Below, piece by piece: positions 1 through 12,987 of a DNA stretch of 64,000 nucleotides. A model generated the notes under the pieces. It worked only from the letters and a program-made list of their open reading frames with translations, was not told the origin of the DNA and ran no database searches. Origin of the DNA: Malacoraja senta (taxonomy: Eukaryota); assembly GCA_038087875.1 (NCBI GenBank), contig CM075982.1, positions 23,002,001-23,066,000 on the forward strand. Direction: 5' to 3'. The position numbers and the translations under genes are program-made. The first letter of the stretch is position 1, and every line of letters begins with the position of its first letter.

Positions 1-260
1 AATGCTCCTCCCATAGCCAGGGTGTAGTCATGATCTTCCAACCTACCTCATTATAAACCTTGGACATTTTCTCTGGAACTGTTATGCTACAATTCTGCAA
101 AACTATAATCTGCGCTCTTGGTATTTTTCTCTTTGCTCTACTTTCTATGGTTTGACTGTGCTCATGTATAGTGTTATCTGATTTAATTGTATGGCACGTA
201 AGCAAAAGCATTTCACTGTATCTCGGTACTTGTGACTATGATATACCAATACCAATACCT
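1..260 (+). mobile_element. Rex1/Babar-type 3' tail
   Basis: 'aaaagcattttcactgtatctcggtacttgtgac' plus a (tacca)n tail; similar to 61455-61700. Confidence 0.5.
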
Positions 261-1965
261 GTGACGTTATGAAGTCCAAACTGCTTTATATCAGTTCTAC
301 CATGTGATGAAACAGCCTGCAAATCAGGGTTGTAGGATGATGCTGAGATCTGCAGATGAAGGTCCTTTCAGTAGGGGATGTCATTAAGTCAACACACCCT
401 GTCCCTCATGGGGCCAGTGAAGAAGCCCATCACACCAAGCCCCTGTTAGCATCCAGCAATCGTGAAATGACCTCCCTGCTTTGTGAAGTAGCTCTCCTTT
501 TGCCTGCCACTCTCCGGCAAATTGTTCTTCAGAACAATTTGCCGTGAGGACTGAATTCATTCTCCCCAGAAGTGACAGAGTGGCAGGATGCATAAACGAT
601 ACAATGACATCCCGTCCTGATGTATCAGTGAAGGGGAGGCTGGGGTGGCTCTGAATAGAAGAGATTCTTCCTCATCATCTCATACTGTCACTGTGAATTA
701 CAGTCAGGTTCTGGGTAATGAAAGCAGCATCCTCAAATCAATGGGACACAATTCTCCCCATGGAGTTCAGAAAAATGCAGCCCACTTTTCACACACTGGC
801 CTTTCTTGCAAATTGCCTGCTATTCAAGGTCCGAGCTTAATGCTTGCTCCTTCCTTTTTCTATCTTTAGAGTCTCTTAAGTAGTGACTGCAGCATCTAAG
901 AGCAGACAGCTGGCCCGAGGCTTCATGCAAGCACAGAATCGACAATTAATTCCAATAAAAAGAGGAGAAACCTGGATTAGCTCCTTGTCCTTGAGCCTCT
1001 CTGATGCGGAATGTGCCATCACAGTTACAAGCTAAGTGTTGGAGAAATCAGACTCGGGCAAGAGTGGTAATTAAAAAAAAGACTGCTCCCTCACAGTACC
1101 GTAGACACATTGGATTAAAACCAGGGCGTCTACTCCCCATTTTCATACAATAGGGCAACGAGGCCTCAGGTCTAAGCACCAGTCTGCAGCTAAGTTTGGG
1201 CTACATGAGAGGATGTAATATTAACTGGCAGGTGATGTCCAGCTGATCCATCAAACCTGCCCCACGCTCCTGGTGGCCAAATAATCATGCCTGAGCAGTT
1301 TTCCATCTTTCTCCCCTCCTCATTTCTTCCGTCATTCCTTGCACAGTGATGGGAGACTTCCAAAAAAAGGAAACATCCATAGGGTCAATGAGGTGGGAAA
1401 ATCACTGACAGAAAACTTTGCGCCTTTTCCAGGGGATCAAAAGCACAAATCAGGAGGCCAAGGGTTACTTGCGAAGATTTGATATAATTTCTGCAACGCA
1501 GATGCAAGGAGGCAGTGAGCAGTCATGAGAGGTGAGGACGGACATAGGCAAGGGTGCGGCTGAGCAGAGACGAGGGGTGAGGAAAGGGAGAGGGTAAGGA
1601 GAGTTCTCGGATAGAGACAAGGTCTGGAAGGGTGGGGTGCTGGGTCAGGAGGGACAGAGACAAGGTTATGGATGTGGAAGAGACAAGCCAGGGATGCAGG
1701 CTGAGTGAAAGGTCAGGGCAGAGCAGGGCAGAGAGGCTGGGCAAGGCAGGGGTCATGGGGGCAGGAACTGTGGGGTTAATTACACCATCTGACACAACAA
1801 TCATCCTCTCCATCTGTTGAAACAAAGATTCATCCACTCTATCATTCCTGAAAATCCCAAATTGGTGAAATTCCTTACTTAGTTTTCTCTGCATCCTACA
1901 ATTGACAGATTTTAAAAGCTAAAATTAATGGTGTCCAATCATTAATTCTTGCTTTACCTCATCCA

Positions 1966-2268
1966 GACCCAGGGGCCACAGTTTAAGAATAAGGAGTAAG
2001 CCATTTAGAACGTAGACGAGGAGACACTTTTTCTCACAGAGAGTGGTGAGTCTGTGGAATTCTCTGCCTCAGAGGCGGCGGAGGCAGGTTCTCTGGATGC
2101 TTTGAAGAGAGAGCTAGATAGGGCTCTTAAAAATAGCGGAGTCAGGGGATATGGGGAGAAGGCAGGAACGGGGTACTGATTGGGGATGATCAGCCATGAT
2201 CACATTGAATGGCGGTGCTAGCTCAAAGAGCCAAGTGGCCTACTCCTGCACCTATTGTCTATTGTCTA
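1966..2268 (+). mobile_element. CR1 LINE 3' end (young)
   Basis: 'cacagtttaagaataaggagtaagccatttag...tgtggaattctctgcctcagag' and a (ctattgt)n tail. Confidence 0.85.
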
Positions 2269-2942
2269 TCTTCACTCTTGCTCTTTTCAACCTTCATGTG
2301 TCCTACACTGTGCATTTTGTCCCGTTACTTTCCATTTCAATAAACTTCAAGATCCTTGGCCCAAGTAACAGCTAAGATAATCCGTTGTACAGGCGGATGA
2401 GTTAAATATCAGTCAGAAAATTGCACATATTCTCACATATACACCATGAGCAACGAGGAAGAAAGAAGATGTATGTTGTCAAATAAAGAACATTTAGAGA
2501 ACCGCCTTCTGAACATCTGCCTGTTGTGCTGCCTGGTTTCCAACCTGAATAAGCCCTGATGTGAGACAGTGCAGCAAAGTCCCCACACCAACCACTCCCC
2601 ACCACACTAACACCCCTCCCAACCCCCCTTAAACTTAGACTGATCTAAGAGGAAATGGCAGCACTTGTACCTTAAATAACAGCCTGCCACCGCAATTGGA
2701 AAAGGTAGGACAAAGTTCTGGTCGCCAGTCCTCATCAGAGACCAAAGGAGAGGATAAAAACTGGAACCATTCCTTCCACAAGAGATTGTGCTCACTTTTT
2801 AAAAAGAAACCCCGCACGTTGTGTATCTGAGAAATCCCATGCAGTGTTTTTGTATTAGTTGTGTGAGGGAAAGGGCAGGGAAGGGCAGTGTGTCTTCATT
2901 AGGAAAATAGAAACTGAAATTTGTGATACAACTGCATGTATA

Positions 2943-3030
2943 AAGAGAGAGAGGGAGGGAGGGATGGAAGAAGCGCAAGAGAGAATGAGAGGGAGGGAGG
3001 AAGAGACTGAGAGAGAAAGGGAGAGAGAAG
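2943..3030 (+). repeat. GA-rich low-complexity tract
   Basis: Imperfect (GA)n/(GGGA)n. Confidence 0.8.
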
Positions 3031-3692
3031 ACACAGATGAGTGTACAGATTAGTCCTTGTGGTAAGGTCTGATAGTGCCACGGTAGTCAAACACTCTTGC
3101 TCAAGGGATTGTTGAAGAAGATTATACCTTTGTTAATAAAGTCAGCTACAAGTGCAGTTGGTTTCCTGCTGAATGCTGCATTTGACAATGTTTCAGACCA
3201 ATAAACTAACATCACGGCTCGCAGGCTAAAGCCATCTTTGGTTCCGCTCCATGTGCAGTCTTGCTACCTAATTAAGTTTACACACAGCTAGAGTATCTCT
3301 GCACATAATGTGCCAGGGATCCTTCTCGTTTGAAAGGCTAAGTCTGACTACATTAAAGTAGGTCTGAGAATTTCCTAATAATTTCCAAATAAAAAGGCAC
3401 AAAAATGCTGGAAATGCTCAACAGGTCAGGCAGCATATGTGGAGAAAGAAAGAGTTAATACCTCAGGCCAATGATCTTCAAATATTCTCAATAGATTCAG
3501 CCATACTCACTCAATCCATCCAACAGATTTGGTAGATGGACAAATCTTTGTAGTTAATTCTGTTCTACTTTGATTTATCATTTCTCTCAAGGGAAACTCA
3601 GAGGGAAAAACTAAAATCAGTGAGCAGGCAAAGATTTAGTAAATGCAGTACAATGTGGGAAAAAAAGTAAAATTGTCCATTTAAAGAAAAAG

Positions 3693-4006
3693 ACAGCACA
3701 GTGGAGCAGCTGGTGGAGCTGCTACCTCACACGCTAGATATCCAGGTTCCAGTCTGACCTCGGGTGCTGTCCGTGTGGCGCTTGCTGTGACCGTGTGGGT
3801 TTCCTCTGGGTGCTCCGGTTTCCTCCCACATCCCAGAGACGTGCTGGTTTGTAGGTTAGTTGGCCTCGGTAAAATGCCTCTTGTGTGTAGAAAGAGGATG
3901 TGAAAGTGGGATAACACAGAACTAATGTGAATGAATGATTGATGGTCAGCATGGACTCGATGGACTGAAGGGGCTGTTTCCATGCTGTATCTTTCTATTC
4001 AATCAA
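3693..4006 (+). mobile_element. V-SINE (HE1-like)
   Basis: Same head, V-domain and tail as the 23662 copy. Confidence 0.8.
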
Positions 4007-4039
4007 TGGTCTCATGACTAATTTCTAAGATGCTAATCT

Positions 4040-4622
4040 CAGTATACTTCAGTTTCTTCATAACTCTGTTGCCCTGTTCACCTATTACATGATTCATATT
4101 AGCTCTGGTTTGGCCCGGCCTTGAATTCCCACGTCTTTAAATCCCTCCACCTCTCACTTGTGCCCACCTCTGTTTGTGACCTCTCACTTTAACACAACTT
4201 TGAGATCTTGACATTCCTACAATGCTAGCTTCCTCTGCAACGCTGAATTCCTTTGTTTGCCATTAGTGACTGCCTTCAGTAGCTGGGACAAAAGGCAGAT
4301 TACCTTTCCAGTATACAGAACACAGAACATTTCGGCATGGAAACAGGCCCACCATGTCAGTGCCGAACATGATACCAAATTAATCTTCTCTGCCTGCACG
4401 TGCTCCATATCCCTCCATTCCCTGCATATCCATATTTCTGCCTGAAATCTTGTCACTAAACTTCACTATCATCCTTTGCCCCCTGAAATCGAAATCTTTG
4501 ACCAAGCTTTAGGTTTGACCGTGTGGCTCGGTGGCAAACTTTCACTGAAAAATGCTCTTCTAAAGTGTGTCTTGGGACAGTTTTTCATGCTGATGGAGCT
4601 GCATAAATGCAAATTATTGTTG
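4040..4622 (+). mobile_element. L2-type LINE 3' fragment interrupted by a minus CR1 tail (4310-4455)
   Basis: 'ctttaaatccctccac...gccttcagtagctggg' resumes at 'ctttgaccaagcttt...ctaaagtgtgtcttgggacagttttt...ataaatgcaaattattgttg'. Confidence 0.5.
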
Positions 4623-5408
4623 CGAGTCAAATAGGTGCAACAGACAGGAACTGAAATTGGCTGGTTCCCTTGGGCCAAGAGTTTTGAGAGGTCTCTTACC
4701 CATCCTGTGTCTGCTAGGTGGGCAGATAGCCAAACCAGATGGACATTTCAGCACTGATTACTGTTTTTGAGTAGTCATGTACATGAGGGGGTTAAAACCA
4801 CAGCCGGAATGGTAGATTATAAACACTTGCTGCATGAAAAATGGTCCATCGGATCAGCACAGGATGTGTGTCCTTCTGACCGGATGCCTGGAAGCTGTCA
4901 CTGATTTCAATAAATGAATCTCTTTGTAACAAGACCGACACTGGGTCATCCACAACAGCTTGAAAAAAAAAGACCATTTTGAAAATGAACTGTTAAACCA
5001 TTAAAGATAGTTTATTCTTGTTCCACCCAAATTTTTAGCCATACTCCTGTTTACCAAATTCACCATTCGTGGTGATTTAACCCTTTGCTATTCTGGGTGT
5101 TTCTGTGCGGGGTGAGAGCACTTCTGCCGACCGACAAGCAACTCCCACACACTCTCCGAGGTTTCCAGCACGCTCCAGCCTCACCAAGTCAGTCACTCCA
5201 CTCATGTACTTTGATGGGAAAACAAGATTATGTGCGAGCTTGCTGATAGACATGTTTCCTACATTACAAAGCTGACTGCACTTTCAAAATCCTTCACAGG
5301 CCGCGAAGCTATTTTAGGACCTCACAGAGCATTGAAAGTGAAAGAATAGCTGGGCAGCGTACTAAAAATCCAATGGCTGTAACTTACCTAGGCTCAGAAA
5401 TATCTTAA

Positions 5409-5495
5409 GCACAAAAAGCTGGAGTAACCCAGCGGGACAGGCAGCATCAGAGAGAAGGAAAGGGTAACGTTTCGGGTTGAGACCCTTCTTCAGAA
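5409..5495 (-). mobile_element. Penelope terminus arm with hammerhead core
   Basis: Minus strand reads CTGAAGA-AGGGTCTCAACCC-GAAAC-GTT (5461-5493). Confidence 0.6.
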
Positions 5496-5799
5496 CTATC
5501 TAGGTGTGCTTCATATCTTCGAACGTATTTCATCTCTTCTTTACGCAAGATGCCCAGACCATCTGTAAATAATTTCAAGCATGCCTGCATGGCTCGTGCC
5601 TCATGGGATCTCTCGATGCATCTGAGCTTCTTGTTAGGAATGTTTTCTCTGATCACAAGAAAGACAAAATGTACAGAAATACATGCCTCCCCTCATCGGT
5701 TTCCCCCGCCCCTGCAGCAACTCTTTTAAATACAGCCATAGAAATGTAATCACAGCTTCTTGTAGCTGGTTGCTTCGCAGAAATTCCAGCTTCTTGTAG

Positions 5800-6298
5800 T
5801 GGTGCAGAAATTCCAACACACAGGAATGCAAGAGGCTGCACAGAGTGGTGGACTGGGTCTGGTCCACCATGGGGACTGACTTCCCCACCAATGAAGCATC
5901 TGCTTGAGGCATCACCTCCAGAAGACGACATCTGTCATCAAGAATACCAACCATCCAGGCCTTGCCCTCTTCTCACTGCTACTATGAAGCTTCAAGTCAC
6001 ACACCAGCAGGGCCAGGAATGTTACTTTCTTATAACCAACAGGTTATTAAACCAACCCGCATAGCCCTAATCCCACCTCGGCAACAGAATATTCCAGACC
6101 GCCTCTTGTGTTACCATGGGCTTGTCTTGCACTGATATCATGTTTTTGCAGTCTTTTTCTTTTCAATTGATGTGCAATTTATGTTTTTGTTTGTCGTGGA
6201 GCCTATGTGCCTGAGATGCGGCTGCAAGCAAAATTTTCAATGTAGCTGTAGCTCAGTGTACTTGTGCATACGACAATAAACTCAATGTGACTTGACTT
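5800..6298 (+). mobile_element. Rex1/Babar-like 3' end
   Basis: 'acacaggaatgcaagaggctgcacagagtggtggac' (AQxxKRLQRVV-like), ending 'cgacaataaac...gacttgacttg'. Confidence 0.6.
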
Positions 6299-6619
6299 GG
6301 AATTTAGAAGAAATTATGCATGAAAAATAGGTTCAAATAACATCCTCAGCCAAAATGGCAGCACAGACAGATAACAGACCTGTAAAAGATACGTGCAATA
6401 TACTGCATAATATGCTCATTCCGGGATGGAGCAAGAGTATACTTGTAATCTCCTGAACCATGTACACAGAGTGGATAAGAGCGTTTGACATTCCCTCCCT
6501 GTGAAGATCAACAGAGGCTAAGGAGCATCTTGACTACTGTATCTGCCTGGTGAGAGTGTTTGGCCTAAACATACCTGTGATTGCTCTTCATTGGCCAGTG
6601 AAAAGAAAAGTTAACTAGT

Positions 6620-6822
6620 GAAGATAGACACAAAAAACTGGAGTAACTCAGCGGGTCAGACAGCATCTCTTGAGAAAAGCAATGGATGACGTGTCTTGTC
6701 GGAAGAAGGATCTCGACCCGAAATGTCACCGATTCCTTGCTCCAGAGATGCTGTCTGACCCGCTGAGTTACTCCAGCTTTTTGTGTATATCTTCAGTTTA
6801 AACCAGCGTCTGCAGTACTACA
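6620..6822. mobile_element. Palindromic Penelope-terminus-derived short element
   Basis: Long inverted repeat: gaagatagacacaaaaaactggagtaactcagcgggtcagacagcatctc ... gagatgctgtctgacccgctgagttactccagctttttgtgtatatcttc. Confidence 0.7.
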
Positions 6823-6934
6823 CAGTTGACTAGTGAGGTTCTGAGAGTACTGGGTGCACTAATGGGATCAGGTTACAGAGGAACAATCACATTTTCCTTT
6901 TGCTTACATTACTCAAATAAAGAAGAATAAAGAA

Positions 6935-7270
6935 CCGCAGTTACATAATCTCTTCACAATCGCAGGAAGACCCAAATGTTTTACCGTACCTTTGAAATGT
7001 AATGACTATTGTAATGTGGATAAGACAACAGCGGACAGTAAACTCTCACCAACTACATGATAATGACAAGGTGCTGTATTAGTAACATTGATAAATATTG
7101 ACCACCAAAACACCAGAGAGTAATCGGTTATCACAGGATTGTTTGCATCCATCTAGGAGCGTAGTTAGTCCTTTGTTCAACGTTTGGTCTGTAAGACTGT
7201 ACTTTGTGCAGTGAGGACCGTTCAATAGCACACTGACAGGCTTGACCTAGGATCCGGACCCATGTCTTTG
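6935..7270 (-). mobile_element. Old Deu-domain SINE fragment
   Basis: Antisense match to the same family ('gataaatattgaccaccaaaacaccagagag'). Confidence 0.5.
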
Positions 7271-9212
7271 AGCAAGGCTAAACAACACTCACCAATGTGT
7301 GACCTGCTCTATAGATATCTCCCTGTCTTCATTATTGGTAGAATTGCAGAAAGAGGGCTCTAAATCTTTAAACTTTGAACCATAAATAAAATTACTAGCA
7401 AGGCTTCAAAGGTTCAAAGTACAAAACGCCTTTTAATCTGTTTTCCTGAAAGTTCCAATCAGAAACAATGATGAGTGTGGAGTGTTTGCCCAGGAACTGG
7501 ACAGATATTAATAAATCTCACTCATTGATTTGACCCTATAGGTCCCTTATCTGCAATTCCAGGGTTAAAATATCCTGGTAACGCTCAGTCATCACCACCT
7601 CAGGCATGCTATGCTGCGATAAATCACGCCTTTCATGAACTCTTGGGGTTAATGTCTTCGGATTGATGGTTTTGCCCTCTAGCTTTTCCTCATCCTATCT
7701 CAAGTGGCTGGGGTCTGGTCCTATGGATGCTGACAGCTTGCTAGTACCTCATCCAAAGGGTCAATCTTTGTGCGCAAAACAAATCCAAGAACTTTGCTAA
7801 CCAAAGGCTGTCAATATTTGCCGGGTTCTCTGAGTGTGCCTGCTTTCATAACAAGATCCTTGGACCATCTCAATATTTCCTTTGGTGCCACAATATTTTG
7901 AAAGTAGTTTTCTTTGCATGACAAAGAATGAAAATAACTCAGTTTTCAACTCGTTTGTTGTTAAACAAAACATTCGAATATAGAAAATGTTTGCAGGGGT
8001 AGACCGCATGGCCTCTCAAGCTTTCTCAATCAAGTTAACAAGTCACACTCATTCTAACGTCAATTTGCCTGGTTCTTACATCCAGCAATCTCCTTCGAAC
8101 CCAAAAATCCACAAAAAAAATCATCACCGGATATACACCACAACTGAGCCTCCACTGCTCTGGGCTAGAGAGTTTGGCTACTCTCTCGCTCCCCTTTTGC
8201 CTCCTGCTGTATCTCCCCTTCTCCCCTGATCACTTTCTACTTCCTTCCTTGAGCACGCCCTTCATTGTTCACCTTCCTCTCTGTCATTCTTCCCTCGACC
8301 CCTCCTTAGATTTAAATTGCTCTGAAAATTGCCCCTAGTTGTGGGGAATGGATACAAAAGTGGGATAAAATAGAACTGGTGTGAATGCGGGATCGATGGT
8401 TGGCATGGACTCGTTGGGCCGAAGGGCCTGTTTTGATGCTGTAAGTTTTAGTTGCATTCAATTCACACAGGGTGTGTGGCTGCTTACCATAACCACTGTA
8501 AGCCCCGTACAGTTATGTGCATTTTCAACACTCCTTCAAAGCTTTAAGTGCAATATATCAAATATCATACATCATGTAATGTATTATTAACTATAATGTG
8601 TACATTGAAATTGAATTCCTTCTCCAAATGTGAATTTTGACAAAGAATTACTGCCCTGAGTACTTGTTCGGTCCAGGGTTACACTATTTTTCCTCTGAAA
8701 TAATCAAGTTATCACAGCAATGGTTTGGAACGGTGCAGGCTGTAACCCATGGCAACAGTGCCTGTGCATTTGCAGGACCGGCGATGGAGAAACGGTCTGG
8801 AGAACCAACAGGCTTCAGATGGAGGACTACAGTGGCGTCTCTCCATCCTCCGGCAGCGAGCCCCAAAGGAAGGAAGCGACCTCCCAATGGAGAAGAGAGC
8901 GAGGATCAGTCAGTCAGCACACCCTCACTGCACTCGCGTCCATTCATTGACCAGAAGCACATGTGAATGAATTGGGAATCCAGATGTGACTAATTGCATG
9001 CACCTTAAATTAGCAAATAAAAAAATTAATATTAGACACCAATGCTAGTCATGTAATCTTCACATCCTATCAAAGCAGTAGATTTATTTTGAATCGTCCT
9101 TGTTCACAGAATGGTCGTGATGGTATTTATTTAAAAATATGATGCATTTTTGTCTGTGCTGTGCAAATAAGAAGTGTTTTCTACTAAAATGAATGCAAAT
9201 GAATGAATGTTC

Positions 9213-9531
9213 GAGTTTAGAGTTACAGCATGGAAACAAGCTCCTTGGCCCACCGAGTCCACGCCAACTATCGATCACTAGTTAACACTAGTTCTATATT
9301 AACTCACTTTCTCATTCACTCACTATACTAGGGGCAATTTTATAGATGCCAAATAACCTACAACCTCGCATGTCTTTGGGATGTGGGAGGAAACCAGAGC
9401 ACCTGGAGGAAACCATGCGGTCACAGAGGGAATGTGCAAACTCCACACCGACAGCCACCCAAGTTCAGGATCGAACTTGGAATCTCCGGCGCTGTGAGGC
9501 AGCAACTCTATCAGCTATGCCATTGTGCTGT
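9213..9531 (-). mobile_element. V-SINE (HE1-like)
   Basis: Antisense V-domain 'tctttgggatgtgggaggaaaccagagcacctggaggaaacc'. Confidence 0.8.
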
Positions 9532-12500
9532 CACAGCTCAAAATTCAAACCGAACCAGACAGACCATGCAAACACTTTCACAGTAAGACCAAGTTACAAG
9601 CTGGTGATTTGGTGATGAGTGACTTACCTGAAACGTTGACTTGATTTCTCGTTTCACATATGCTGCCTGACCTGCTGATTATTCCAAGCTTTTTCTAATT
9701 CAAACCTCCAGTATCTAGTGCCAGAGCAGCTAGAAAATACTCAAATTACTCACGGCTTCAACCACACCTTCCAAACCCAAGACCATTACCACCAAGACGG
9801 ACAGGGAAGTAAGCGCAAGGTTCCCCTCCAGATTACACACCCATCAAATACGTTTCCAAATATATCACCAACCCTTCATTGTCGCTGGCTCTAAATCCTG
9901 GCACCAGAAGGTCTACAGCAGTTCAAGAAGCTGACTCCCTTACCATCTTCTCAAAGACAATTAGGGATGGGCACTTAATGCTGAAATGTTCATCTCAAAT
10001 AATGAATAATAAAAAAAAGCCTTACTTGTAAGTTATCAATTGCTTGTAAACTCAGCCACAGCAGACCTAACCTTTATAAAAATAAATAAGGTAACATTGG
10101 TTAGAATATCCTGCTCTTAAACCTCCCGGAATAGCATCAACTTGGGGCGGTGTCTTGTATGCTCTATATTGGTGCTGGGACTCAAACTCGAGATTAATGA
10201 GGAGAAGTATCTGGAGAAGCTGAAGAGAGTGTGTGTGTAACCGGCACAGAAGAGAAGAGAATTTGAGGCCTGGAGCAAGTCAGCCCTGGCGGGGTTCGTT
10301 TGAGGGGCCGAGTGGTCTATTCCTGCTCTATTTATGTGTTTGTAAATTAAACAATTAGGTGCCACAATTATTCCACCACGTTATTGTGTTTTTATCTTAA
10401 CTTTCAGGACTCCAATCCCAGAGCCAATGATTCAAGGTATTCTTACTTCTGGACAGAACCTCTGTAATTCTTTGTGTGTGGCTTTTATGCCCAAGACTGA
10501 TCAACTTAACATATATGAATAGTAGTATCATTGATTTCCAATCCCAAGTCATCCCTGTGGGAATCTTTCTTCACAAACACCTGCTGAGAGAAATGAGTGT
10601 TTGGTCACCAGCACTAAACACACATGGTAATATCAGGTACCATTATGCTGCTCTTCACTTCCTTGACTTCAGCGGAACCAAACATGCCAAAGTGAATCCT
10701 AGGATATCTTTGCACCCATTTAATACTGGCAACCTGGAATCTCAGCACCCGGTGGCAAGAGCTTCCTGACCTGTATTCATTAAAGGGAGATTCTACCCTG
10801 TTATCAAATGGACAGCTGCTCGGTAGAATTCACAAACTCAGGTAAAGCTGTTACTTTATGCTAGATCTCTTTTGTTAAATTACTGTTAACTCCATAGCTC
10901 CACAGAGGAAAGTTATGCAACGAGTAAGACGTTAAATGTCTTTAAATCATCATGTTGAATTCCCTCTATGGCCAAACTAACTTCTTCACTGTGATTTAAT
11001 AATGAGAATTGGAGGCTTTAATTTATTTTAGAGGTTGTAGAGGAGAGAGGATATAGAAATGATGCAGGTATTTGAACATAGGAATGAGAGTTTTAATTGC
11101 AAATATTAATACCCAGTTAAAATGTGCATTGGTTTTCACTGTGGCTTGAATGTGCAGGAGGACTGTTGGCAATGTCAAATGAGTATGAGGCACGTTTGAC
11201 ATCACCTCGTGTGCCCAGAGTCCTCTGTGCAAACACGGAAGTACTAACAATAATTTTGGACCATGGTCTTCTGTCCTGACTTGCAGATAGCCCTGAGGCA
11301 TCTTTGCCATGGCTGCTTCTTTGTTTTAGTCCAGCTGATGATGTTATCCTGACTGTCGTTCCACAAAAGGGTTAAAACAATGTTCTGCACAAAGCAGAAC
11401 TAGAGGTGGTGGGAGAGAGATGGCAGGCGGGGTCGAGGGGGTAGCCTAGGGAGATGGTGGGGGATGGTCTTGGTGCTGGTGCTGTGGGATTGCTCAATGT
11501 GGTCAGTAATGAATTTTATGTTACATTAAAGCCACATAAATGGTCGGCCCAGTACAGACAACAAGTGGCCAGGCACCAGGGGCTAATCTAATGATGTAAA
11601 AATAGAGACAGTACCAATTATATGGCAGCCCATACCACACTGCTGCAGGGACTCCCAATGAATAGCTACAAATCAAATTACAGGCTAATAGACGCACTAC
11701 AAGAGGGGGCAGTCAATGCTAACTGCATTACTGCCTTGTGACCTTTCTGCTCTGAGCTGCACGGTCCAGACTCAGACTTGCACCCTCTGGAATATGAAAG
11801 AGCCTGTTGTTAGGAAAAGCAGTGGAACAAGGCAGTGTCCCTAAATGAGTTAAACACTAAGCTGTCAAAGTTTCCCTTTGTTTATGTGTCACTCTCTTGA
11901 TACCCAGCTCAACCTCTCCATCGCAAGCACAGCAATGGTAAACACATCAAACCTTTGGCTATTTTGTTTGCCCTCAGCTCTATGGCCCTGGGAACTCTCT
12001 GCTCCTCTATAGCCTCTTGAACATCTCTGAGGTCCAGCACCTCACCACTGGATGCCATGGCTTCAGCTACCAAGGCCTGGAATTCCCTCCTTGCGCCACC
12101 CTACCTCTTTACCTTCTTCTCATCCTTTATTCTCCTCCTCTTAGGCTGATTCAGCAACAGGTTTTGTGGGCTTTGAGATAGCTAGTGAGTGCTATGCAGG
12201 ATTACAGACTCTACCACAGGTGGTGGTGGGTGATATTCCACTAGGCAATGGATGTGCTGTTTGCTCCTTTCCGTTGTTTACACTTGGGCCCTGCATGAGG
12301 ATGTTATATTTTTAAAAGGAGATTTTGAGAATGTATATCCTCTTTCCTCCTGGAAATCTCTTTTCATGACAAGGCCAAGCGTGCTTGTTTCAGTAAAATG
12401 GAGACGCAAGAGACTGCAGATGATGAAATCGTGAGCAAAACACAAAGTGCTGGAGGAACTCAGCGGGTCAGGAAGCATCTGTGGTGGGAATGGACAGGCG

Positions 12501-12933
12501 ATGTTTCAGTTTGCGACCCTTCTTCATACTGGGTGGAAGAGGGGGCAGAAAGCTGATACAGAGAGGTGGGGGTGGGATAATTCCTGGCAAGTGATTGGTG
12601 AATACCACCATTCATCTCCCCCCCCCCCCACATCAGTTCCCCTGCTCCATCCTCCTCCTTCATGCACTCATCTCCCATCCCCAAGTTCCCCATTTCCATT
12701 TCCCCCCCCATTTTCCCTTCCCACTGTCCCCTTCCATACACGTCGTTTCCTCCGGCTTTACATTTTACTCCTCCTCTCCTCATCTGACACCCCTTTGTCT
12801 CGTTTTCACCTCTCGACTTTGTCACTTACTTCACCCATCTGCCAATTAAACCCCTCTCACCAGTGCACCTATCACTTGTCAAGCTTTTTCCAGCTTCCTT
12901 CCCAATTCCAATCAGTCTGAAGAGTCCCAACCC

Positions 12934-12987
12934 AGGGTGGGAGATTGCAACCTTCACGTGGTCCGCCCTGTTTCGACGAATGCAATC
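12934..12987 (+). ncRNA. Minimal HDV-like (CPEB3-type) self-cleaving ribozyme motif
   Basis: P1 AGGGUGG(12934-40)/CCGCCCU(12963-69); P2 GAUUGCA(12943-49)/UGCAAUC(12981-87), 7 perfect bp; P3 ACC/GGU closing loop L3 UUCACGU (12953-59, same as the CPEB3 ribozyme L3). These are followed by GU, a vestigial P4 (UUCGA) and J4/2 CGAA with the candidate catalytic C at 12977. All elements occur in the correct nested double-pseudoknot order. Confidence 0.8.

Noticed and set aside
1786-1895. Minus-strand exon-like segment (MQRKLSKEFHQFG...)
   Set aside because: In the phase required by the BCAS3 exon it hits a stop after four codons; weak donor.
3090-3215. Minus-strand peptide containing ETLSN, as in the BCAS3 last exon
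   Set aside because: Flanking residues do not match the rest of the expected exon and there is no suitable acceptor; chance match.
8637-8970. Several overlapping open frames with a possible acceptor at ~8775
   Set aside because: Open in multiple frames because of GC/purine richness; no protein family recognised.
12447-12920. 157-aa Pro-rich ORF and overlapping ORFs
   Set aside because: Translation of the pyrimidine-rich Penelope 3' UTR; low complexity.
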